Below are positions 56,794 through 64,000 of a stretch of DNA of 64,000 nucleotides, one piece after another. Under the pieces are notes generated by a model. The model was given only the letters and a program-made list of their open reading frames with translations. It ran no database searches and was not told the DNA's origin. A program made the translations under genes and the position numbers. Origin of the DNA: a virus; the IMG/VR virus record IMGVR_UViG_2878651225_000003; one strand, written 5' to 3'. Each line of letters opens with the position of its first letter. Positions within the stretch are counted from its first letter, which is position 1.

Positions 56794-59283
56794 ATGTCTG
56801 AAACGTTCAGTGATCTTTACATCGAAGTTAGTATGGAAACCGCTCAACTACTTCAAGGCGCAACAAGTGCTGATATTGCCCTAAATAAAATTAACGAATC
56901 AGCAAAATCCGCAAGCGCAGGAATTCATGCTGCTGAAAAACAAGCTCAAAAACTAAGCGCTGAATTAACGAAAGTTGCAGCAACAACAAAGAATACTGGT
57001 CGTGCATTTGGTTCAATGCGCGGAGTAATACAGGGTGTTGGTTATCAAATTCAAGACGTAGCAGTCCAAGCACAAATGGGAACTAATGCCTTTGTAATTA
57101 TGGGGCAGCAAGGATCGCAAATGCTATCGCTATTTGGTCCAATGGGAGCTATTGCGGGTATGTTATTGGCAATCGGTGGCGCCATGGGAACAGCTTTATT
57201 GCCAAATCTATTTGATTCAACAAGTGCTACTGATAAATTAAAAGATGCGCAGAAAAAACTAGGTGAGGTGATAACTGAAAATGATGGCGGTATTTTATCG
57301 TTATCGGACAAAATGGTAAAACTCGCACAGCGAAGTGAGCAGGCCGCAAAAGCAAAAATTGCAGCGACAATGGCAGAATCAAAACAAGCTATCGATGCAG
57401 CGGGGCAAGCGATAAGTGAGGCTATGGACGACTTTGACAGCTTCTTTAGCTTCTTGGGCGGTAATAGTGTCGCGAGCGTAAGTAATGCGATCGCAGAGCT
57501 TGAAAAATATGAGAAGACAGGAAGAAATGCAGCTGAGGCAGTCAGGGATTTAGGTGGCACTTACGCTGGATCTATTGCGGAAATCAATAATCTGACTGAT
57601 GTAACAAGCAAAATGTCTGAACAGTTAGGAATCACAACAACAGAAGCTATAGGATTATTAAAGCAACTTTCAGAATTTGAGAAAAATAAATCACCTGAAA
57701 CTATGCACTCGCTGGCGGCGGCATTGAGCGTTTTAAGCGAAAGGTATGATAATGCCAATCCGAAATTAAACGAACTGACAGGCACCGTAAATAGTAATGC
57801 GTTTGCAGCAATGGAAGCAAAAGACGCATTAGATTTAATGAGAAAGGCGCTTGCAGATTTAGCAGGTATTGCCGTCGAATCTGAGGCGGCGCTATCTGGC
57901 AATTTGGCTAAGATAGAAAAAATTACCGAGGCGGCAAGAGAGCAAGCTGTAACTATAGGTATGACTGCTAGGGAAAAGGCTAAATATGCGGCTGTAACTC
58001 TAGGTGCGACAAAAGCTGACTTGGAATCTATTGATGCGTCATTCGACAAAATAGAGGCATATAAAGCTGAAGAAGAGGCAGCTAAACAAAAGCGCGAAGC
58101 CGACAAAAAGGCAGCAAGAGAGGCAGAATCTGCCGCCAAAAAAGCGGCGGCTGAGGCAAAAGCGGCAGCTAAAAGAGACGCTCAGGCTAAACAGCAAGTC
58201 ATCGATCAAATTAACAAGTTATCAGATCAATACGAAGTTGCAGTGTTGCGCCAAGAGGGATTTCATCGTCAAGCAACTATTTTAGCAGCCAAGCAAAATG
58301 CAGGTGCAGCAGCTACACAAGCGCAGGTAAATGCAATCGGCGATCTAGCGGCTAAGATGTATGATTTAACCAACACGACCCGCAACTTTAATGCGCTACA
58401 AGCGGAAATTAGCCCTACGGTTGCGCTTGATCAACAACATCAAGTCAGAATGCAGCAGCTTGATGAGTATGTTATTGCTTACCCTGCAAAAATAGAGGAG
58501 GCCGAAGCTGTCAGAGCCGCTATCGAAGAGCAATATCGCCAGCAGCGGTTAGAGGCTCAATGGGACGAATGGAAGCAATCTAGCGCAGGTGCGGAAATGT
58601 TCGGCAATGCTTTAGAAGCAGTACAAAGCACCGCCTCAAATCAAATTACCGGATTGCTTGCCGGAACAACTACGCTTAGAGATGCGTTTAAGTCCTTATC
58701 AATGACACTGCTTAACAGCGTTGTCAGCAGTTTGATTGAGGTTGGTATGGCTCAAGTCAAAAGCATGATCATTGGTCGAGCTGCGGCAAGTGCGGCTACC
58801 GCTGCACAGATGGCACAGGCAGCAGCGTTGTCTGCGGCATTCGCTCCGGCGGCCGCGATGGTCTCGCTTGCAACTCAGGGGGCAAACGCAATACCAGCCC
58901 AAGCCGGTATGGCTTCGACAACCGCACTTGCTCAAACAATGTCAATAACTGGACGTAAAAACGGTGGACCTATATCTGCCAACGCGATGTACCGTGTCGG
59001 CGAAAATAACCAGCCCGAAATCTTCAAAGCCAGCAACGGATCGCAATACATGATTCCGGGCAACTCAGGACGGGTATTTAGCAACAAAGATGTCACGAGC
59101 AATCGAGGCGGTAACGGCGGCGGTAGCGTAACGGTAATTGTCAATCAAACAAACCATTTCGGCGATCAAGATTCGCGCGGCGGTGATCAGCAATTGGCAG
59201 CGAAAATAACCGATATGATTAAAGGCGAGGTGACAAATCAAATAGCCGATCAAATGCGTGACGGCGGAATGTTAGCGAGGTAA
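56794..59283 (+). CDS. tail tape measure protein (lambda H-like)
   Basis: 830 aa from MSETFSDLY. Coiled-coil N-terminal half, GxxxG core, and a C-terminus paralogous to the island TMP. Confidence 0.85.
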   Translation: MSETFSDLYIEVSMETAQLLQGATSADIALNKINESAKSASAGIHAAEKQAQKLSAELTKVAATTKNTGRAFGSMRGVIQGVGYQIQDVAVQAQMGTNAFVIMGQQGSQMLSLFGPMGAIAGMLLAIGGAMGTALLPNLFDSTSATDKLKDAQKKLGEVITENDGGILSLSDKMVKLAQRSEQAAKAKIAATMAESKQAIDAAGQAISEAMDDFDSFFSFLGGNSVASVSNAIAELEKYEKTGRNAAEAVRDLGGTYAGSIAEINNLTDVTSKMSEQLGITTTEAIGLLKQLSEFEKNKSPETMHSLAAALSVLSERYDNANPKLNELTGTVNSNAFAAMEAKDALDLMRKALADLAGIAVESEAALSGNLAKIEKITEAAREQAVTIGMTAREKAKYAAVTLGATKADLESIDASFDKIEAYKAEEEAAKQKREADKKAAREAESAAKKAAAEAKAAAKRDAQAKQQVIDQINKLSDQYEVAVLRQEGFHRQATILAAKQNAGAAATQAQVNAIGDLAAKMYDLTNTTRNFNALQAEISPTVALDQQHQVRMQQLDEYVIAYPAKIEEAEAVRAAIEEQYRQQRLEAQWDEWKQSSAGAEMFGNALEAVQSTASNQITGLLAGTTTLRDAFKSLSMTLLNSVVSSLIEVGMAQVKSMIIGRAAASAATAAQMAQAAALSAAFAPAAAMVSLATQGANAIPAQAGMASTTALAQTMSITGRKNGGPISANAMYRVGENNQPEIFKASNGSQYMIPGNSGRVFSNKDVTSNRGGNGGGSVTVIVNQTNHFGDQDSRGGDQQLAAKITDMIKGEVTNQIADQMRDGGMLAR

Positions 59284-59286
59284 TAG

Positions 59287-59613
59287 ATGGAGCGGTTTAA
59301 TTTTCCAGTGCAGCGAGGTTACACGGTCGAGCATGCGCCCGAAAAATACGAAGTAAAGTTCGGTGATGGCTATGTTATGCGTGCGCCGAAAGGGCTAAAT
59401 TCCGATCTGCGCAAGATGAACGTTAGCGTAATAGTCAAAACCGTTGAGCAGGTAAAGGCGCTTAAAGATTTCCTCAGCCGTCACAAGGGCGTTACGCCGT
59501 TTATTTTTCGTGATAGTCAAGGTGATGACATTATCGTTATCTGCTCTCGCTGGAGCTATCAACGCCATTATCTGCATACTACATTTTCACTCAGTCTTGA
59601 AGAAACACTATAA
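59287..59613 (+). CDS. minor tail protein M (lambda gpM-like)
   Basis: 108 aa. Collinear with gpM and directly after the TMP. Confidence 0.7.
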   Translation: MERFNFPVQRGYTVEHAPEKYEVKFGDGYVMRAPKGLNSDLRKMNVSVIVKTVEQVKALKDFLSRHKGVTPFIFRDSQGDDIIVICSRWSYQRHYLHTTFSLSLEETL

Positions 59614-59622
59614 GGGGGCTAA

Positions 59623-60348
59623 ATGCCTTTAGAAATGAAGCCGGAGTTAGCTTTGGCATTATCCGATCTGCGACAGGATACACTAATCGAGTTATGGGAA
59701 GTTGATTTACGCGGAATCAAAAATGCTGCCGGCAATGTAGGATCGTTATACCGATTTCACAACGGCTTAAACGGTGTGCGCCAAAATATTATTTGGCAGG
59801 GTAATGAGTATCAAGCAATCGCAATGCAAGTAACCGGATTTGCTCGCAAAAGCAAGGGACAAAGTACTAGACCGTCTTTATCTATTGCTAATTTTGCAGG
59901 GTTAGTTACGGGGATTGCGAGAGATTTTGATGGTGCCGCAGGTGCGAAAGTTACCCGTGTTCAAGTTTACGCAAAATATTTAGATGCGGTCAATTTCAAA
60001 GACGGAAATAAGTTTGCTGATCCGACAGCAGCTTTTCCGCCGGAATACTTTATTGTTGAGCAATTAGCTAAATTAAGTCATGACGTAGCGACATTTACCT
60101 TAGCAACTCCAGCAGAAACTGACGGTGCAATGATTCCGGTGCGCATGATTACGGCTGATACTTGTTATTTCCAATATCGAGGCTACGGCTGCGGTTATAC
60201 CGGAAAGCCTGTGTGTGACGATCAGGGAAACCCAACAACCGATCCAGCTAAAGACGGCTGCCCGCACAATGAACACGGATGTAAATTGCATTTCGGTGCC
60301 AAGGCAGTACTGCCTTACGGTGGTTTTCCATCAGTGAGTAAAGTATGA
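59623..60348 (+). CDS. minor tail protein L (lambda gpL-like)
   Basis: 241 aa. C-terminal Cys cluster (CDDQGNPTTDPAKDGCPHNEHGCK). Confidence 0.7.
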   Translation: MPLEMKPELALALSDLRQDTLIELWEVDLRGIKNAAGNVGSLYRFHNGLNGVRQNIIWQGNEYQAIAMQVTGFARKSKGQSTRPSLSIANFAGLVTGIARDFDGAAGAKVTRVQVYAKYLDAVNFKDGNKFADPTAAFPPEYFIVEQLAKLSHDVATFTLATPAETDGAMIPVRMITADTCYFQYRGYGCGYTGKPVCDDQGNPTTDPAKDGCPHNEHGCKLHFGAKAVLPYGGFPSVSKV

Positions 60349-61073
60349 CGATAGAACAGCAGATTATTGAGTATGCCAAACAGCAAGAGCCGCGCGAAAT
60401 GTGCGGCTTTGTCGTTTTTAAGGGCAAGAAAAAACAGTTTATCCCGTGCGAAAACATTGCGTCTGATCCGATTAGCTATTTTGAAGTTGCCGCTGATGAC
60501 TGGATCAAGGTACAGGAATATGACGGAGTTATAGCTCTAGTGCATTCACATCCTAACGGTGAGCGCGCATTATCAACTGCCGATCGACAAATGCAGATTC
60601 AGTCTAATCTTGACTGGTGGCTTGTAACACGTGGTGAGATTCGTAAATTTCGTAATGTGCCGCCGTTACTGGGGCGTGATTTTAAGCACCGAGAAAGCGA
60701 TTGTTACACCATAATTTGCGATGCTTACATGCTTGCCGGCACTGAACTTCCTCAAGTTGAATATGACGAGGATTGGTATGAGCAGGGTAAAGATTTATAT
60801 ATCGAGACGCTCAAAAATAGTGGATTTGAACAAGTCACCGAGCCGCAGTTAGGAGATGTGATTTTAATGCAAGTCATTTCACCAGTTGCAAATCACTCAG
60901 CTATTTATCTCGGTGATAACCTGATGTTGCAGCAGTGCAATAATCGATTGTCAAAACGGGATTATTATAACGGATACTGGGAGCGACATACGCATAGCAT
61001 TTGGAGATTTAAACAATGGCAACAGTTAGATTTTACGGCGATTTACAACGATTTGGCACTGAGTTTAAGCTAA
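60345..61073 (+). CDS. tail assembly protein K (MPN/JAMM + NlpC/P60)
   Basis: …MCGFVV…HSHPNG… (JAMM) plus a C-terminal NlpC/P60-like region. Confidence 0.75.
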   Translation: MTIEQQIIEYAKQQEPREMCGFVVFKGKKKQFIPCENIASDPISYFEVAADDWIKVQEYDGVIALVHSHPNGERALSTADRQMQIQSNLDWWLVTRGEIRKFRNVPPLLGRDFKHRESDCYTIICDAYMLAGTELPQVEYDEDWYEQGKDLYIETLKNSGFEQVTEPQLGDVILMQVISPVANHSAIYLGDNLMLQQCNNRLSKRDYYNGYWERHTHSIWRFKQWQQLDFTAIYNDLALSLS

Positions 61074-61567
61074 ACGTAGATACTGCCCAAGAAGCACTGC
61101 AAGGGCTTTACGTCCAGGTAAAAGGGCTAAAAGCAAAAATTAATAAAGGGTATTACCGAATAAAAATAGCCGGCAAAGAATATGGAATGAATGACATTCG
61201 TATCGGGCTGACAACAAGGCTTAAGACGAACTCCGTTATTAATCTAATTCCAGTCATAGCTGGCGCAAGCGCCGCATTCAGATTTGTTGCTGGTGCGATT
61301 TTAGCTGTAGTTGGCGCAATAATGGTTAACCCTTACATGATTGCGATTGGTGCAGCGTTGGCGATCGGCGGAGCGGTTGAGCTGCTGACTAAGCCGCCAG
61401 GCATGAACATAAAAACCGATGATGCCGAAAAGAAAACGAATACCTCATTTTCGAGCATTAAAAATTTAACGCCGCAGGGGCGACCGGTGCCGTTGCTATA
61501 CGGTGAAATAATGCATTCAATTGTTTTGATTTCACAGGGTTTAGAGGTATTTACGCCAGAGGATTGA
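61016..61567 (+). CDS. tail assembly protein I (lambda gpI-like)
   Basis: 183 aa with a ubiquitin-like N-terminus and a hydrophobic Ala/Gly-rich segment. Confidence 0.65.
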   Translation: MATVRFYGDLQRFGTEFKLNVDTAQEALQGLYVQVKGLKAKINKGYYRIKIAGKEYGMNDIRIGLTTRLKTNSVINLIPVIAGASAAFRFVAGAILAVVGAIMVNPYMIAIGAALAIGGAVELLTKPPGMNIKTDDAEKKTNTSFSSIKNLTPQGRPVPLLYGEIMHSIVLISQGLEVFTPED

Positions 61568-61570
61568 TAA

Positions 61571-64000
61571 ATGAGTTTCGGAAAAAAGAAAAAACAGCAT
61601 ACGCCAAGAGAGGCAAAAGACACGCTAAGATCGGCGCAGTATTTGCGTATGATCGGACTTGTGGCGCACGGTGAAATTGTCGGCGTTGAAAACGGCTGGA
61701 AAGACGTTTACTTTAATAAAACGCCAGTGCAGAACAGCGATAATTCTTATAATTTTAACGACGCTGAAGTGGAATATGTTTTAGGAACTCAGGAGCAAGA
61801 TCCGCTCAAGGGTTTTGATTTTTCCGAAAAGGAAATAAGCGTTAGTGCCGAAGTTAAAAAAAATATTGCGATTACGCGTACCGTATCAGATCAAAAAGTC
61901 ACGCGTTTGCGTATTACGGTAGCCGTGGGGGCATTATTTAAGCAAGAAGATAACGGCGACACCAACGGTTCGAGAGTTGATTTGCTTGTGCAGTACGGCA
62001 GTAAAAGTAAGCCAATCACTATCAATGGCAAAACCTCATCACGTTACTTAAAACACGTTATTTTAGATGATCTGCCCGCAGTGCCGTTCAATGTTACGGT
62101 TTCGCGAATTACTGATGACAGCAAAACCCAAAAGTTGCAAAATACTACTTTTTGGCAATCCTACACCGAAATTATTGATACTAAATTTAGTTACCCTAAC
62201 TGCGCCCTGCTTGGTATCCGCTTAGATTCTCGTCAAATGTCATCGGTGCCGGATATTACTGCGTTGAGCAAGGGGCGAGTGGTTAAAATACCTAATAATT
62301 ACGATCCAATTACCCGACAATATGACGGATTCTGGGACGGAACATTTAAATTAGGCTGGACGAATAATCCAGCCTTTATTTTTTATGATCTTGTCATGTC
62401 CGAAGAAGTCGGCATGGGTCAACGTATCGGCGCATATGGTTGTGATAAATTCAAGCTCTATGAAGTTGCCCGATGGTGCGATCAGCTTGTTGATGACGGT
62501 TTTGGTGGCAAAGAACCGCGCGTAACGACTAATCTGTGGCTAACCGATCAGCGTAAGGCTTATGATGTGCTTTACGATCTTGCTTCGGCGTTTTTTGCTA
62601 TTCCGGTTTGGAACGGCACACAGATGTCAGTCATCATGGATATTCCGTCCGATCCAGTGTGGACTTACACTCAAGCTAACGTTGTCGATGGTTTCGAGTA
62701 TAGCGAAACATCAGCTAAAACTCGCATTTCCGCCGTTGAAGTTGAATATAGCAATCCGAACAATATGTACGAGCGTGACAGTGTTTATGTATCTGATGAC
62801 AAGCTGATCAAGCGCTACGGTTATAATGTAAAAAAAATTGTGGCTTATGGCTGCACATCATGGGGGCAGGCATACCGCTACGGTCGTTATATGCTAGGCA
62901 CTAATTCGATCGAGACGGTGTTAGTGAGTTTTAAAGCGGGGCGCGAAATGTTGCGCACAATGCCCGGCGATATTTTCGCTGTTGCTGACAATGAGTATGC
63001 TGCAACAAATATCGGCGGACGTGTATTAGCAGTTAATGGGCTGACCGTTACGCTTGATCGAGAAATTAAGTTTAAAAAAGGTTGCGCGTTAACCTACGCA
63101 GCTATTATTGACGAGAAATTGTCATCAAGAACGATCGAAATCGTATCAGCAAACGGGGCGGAAGTTACATTAAAACAAGCCCCGATTGATCTTGATAAAA
63201 TGATGTTGTGGACACTGGTAAACGGTACGGTCAAAACCCGTTTATTCAGAGCCGTTGAAATCAAAGAGAATGCCGACGGCAGTTATTCCGTTAGTGGCTT
63301 GCAGCATGAGCCTAAAAAATGGGATTACATCGAAAAAGGCATTAAATTTGAAAAAGATCTAACAACGTTACATAAAGCTGTAGTGCCTCAGCCGACACAC
63401 GCTGAGATTACGGCCGCAGGCGGTAGTTTAGTTTTAACGTTTGATATGCCAACCGTCATCGGCACGGTCACTTACGAAGTTAAGCTCTACAAAGACGGTA
63501 AAGTGTACCGCACTTATACGGATTTGAAAGAACCAAAACTCACGTTTGATGGACTGCCGGACGGCAGCTATACCGCCGAAATTCGCGCTAAAAACCAGTT
63601 GGGGCAATACTCTAACCCTGTCACAAAATCGTTTGAAATTAATCTGACGATCACGGAGTTACGCACGACATCTGAGCTAATGGCGATCAACGTTGAATGG
63701 ACGTTACCAGTGTTGGCGACTACTGGTAATGCTACTGAGATTTGGCATGCTCGCGAACCGGATTTAAGCAAAGCGGTGAAGATCTCAACCTTGGCATATC
63801 CGGCGACAAGCTATCTAAAAAGCAATGTCGGCTTGTCTGAAAAGCACTATTTTTGGGCGCGCTTGACCGATAAAAACGGCAACAAAGGCAAATTTACCGA
63901 GGCTGTTTTTGGTGAAGCCGATCATAATGCGGATAATCTGGTTAATTATCTTAATGGACAAATCACCGAAACCGCACTGGGCAAAGACTTGATCGCACAG
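61571..64000 (+). CDS. host-specificity / central tail fibre protein J (lambda gpJ-like), truncated at the 3' end by the window edge
   Basis: MSFGKKKKQHTPREAKDTLRSAQYL… is collinear with lambda J (HTPREAKD, …LQNTTFWQSYTEIID…). No stop codon before 64000. Confidence 0.9.
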   Translation, partial: MSFGKKKKQHTPREAKDTLRSAQYLRMIGLVAHGEIVGVENGWKDVYFNKTPVQNSDNSYNFNDAEVEYVLGTQEQDPLKGFDFSEKEISVSAEVKKNIAITRTVSDQKVTRLRITVAVGALFKQEDNGDTNGSRVDLLVQYGSKSKPITINGKTSSRYLKHVILDDLPAVPFNVTVSRITDDSKTQKLQNTTFWQSYTEIIDTKFSYPNCALLGIRLDSRQMSSVPDITALSKGRVVKIPNNYDPITRQYDGFWDGTFKLGWTNNPAFIFYDLVMSEEVGMGQRIGAYGCDKFKLYEVARWCDQLVDDGFGGKEPRVTTNLWLTDQRKAYDVLYDLASAFFAIPVWNGTQMSVIMDIPSDPVWTYTQANVVDGFEYSETSAKTRISAVEVEYSNPNNMYERDSVYVSDDKLIKRYGYNVKKIVAYGCTSWGQAYRYGRYMLGTNSIETVLVSFKAGREMLRTMPGDIFAVADNEYAATNIGGRVLAVNGLTVTLDREIKFKKGCALTYAAIIDEKLSSRTIEIVSANGAEVTLKQAPIDLDKMMLWTLVNGTVKTRLFRAVEIKENADGSYSVSGLQHEPKKWDYIEKGIKFEKDLTTLHKAVVPQPTHAEITAAGGSLVLTFDMPTVIGTVTYEVKLYKDGKVYRTYTDLKEPKLTFDGLPDGSYTAEIRAKNQLGQYSNPVTKSFEINLTITELRTTSELMAINVEWTLPVLATTGNATEIWHAREPDLSKAVKISTLAYPATSYLKSNVGLSEKHYFWARLTDKNGNKGKFTEAVFGEADHNADNLVNYLNGQITETALGKDLIAQ

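Noticed and set aside
57051-58139. Ala/Ser-rich antisense ORFs inside the tape measure gene
   Set aside because: This is a typical antisense artefact of a GC-skewed, Ala-rich coiled-coil gene.

Overview
This 64 kb window is almost entirely mobile DNA and reads as a Pasteurellaceae-like chromosome. That taxon call is an inference from the ssrA-type 3' end (CGGGTTCAACTCCCGCCAGCTCCACCA) and the phage gene content. It splits into two parts.

(A) The left ~17.4 kb is a phage-derived island in which every gene lies on the minus strand. It carries a P4-type tyrosine integrase (16146-17420), an HK97-like capsid and packaging set (major capsid protein, prohead protease, frameshifted portal, head closure, connector, HNH, TerS, TerL) and a tape measure gene. 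It has no tail-tube, baseplate or replication genes, and the gene order is non-canonical. The island is interrupted by three near-identical IS200/IS605-family elements that encode only TnpA: two in head-to-tail tandem and one inverted. These bracket an AlpA regulator, two small ORFs and an AT-rich 329-aa cargo gene. A GNAT/small-protein pair and a ribbon-helix-helix (RHH) gene are also present.

(B) A 27-nt fragment matching the 3' end of ssrA (17604-17630) sits between the two back-to-back integrase genes. To its right, from 17682 to beyond the window end, is one large lambdoid siphovirus prophage. Its layout is: int-xis; a long leftward early operon (an SPFH-domain, band-7/stomatin-like protein; DUF551; RdgC; tandem KilA-N; a Dcm-like C5 methyltransferase with an embedded HNH module; an HD hydrolase; an ssb remnant; YqaJ exonuclease and RecT; DUF1351; a 27-nt tandem-repeat protein); a phage-borne tRNA(CAU) and a ~450-nt structured leader; an immunity region with cI/cro and ATCACA…TGTGAT operators; a cII-like gene, Rha/Ant, O-like and P-like replication genes with an iteron origin, Dam, NinG and Q; a lambda-S-type holin, lysozyme and Rz/Rz1; hicAB; a ParB-nuclease gene, an ABC-ATPase/GNAT fusion and an ASCH-like gene; then TerS, TerL, portal, head genes (including a (Gly-Asp-Thr)x19 VNTR protein), tail genes with a BamE-like lipoprotein moron, the tape measure, and lambda-like M, L, K, I and J. 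J is cut off at the 3' end of the window.

The candidates for novelty that I rate highest are the ParB / ABC-ATPase–GNAT / ASCH module next to the terminase, the scrambled capsid island that carries its own tape measure, the methyltransferase–HNH fusion, the two tandem-repeat proteins, the tRNA with its structured pL leader, and the AT-rich cargo gene beside alpA. All product calls rest on motifs read from the translations. I ran no database searches.
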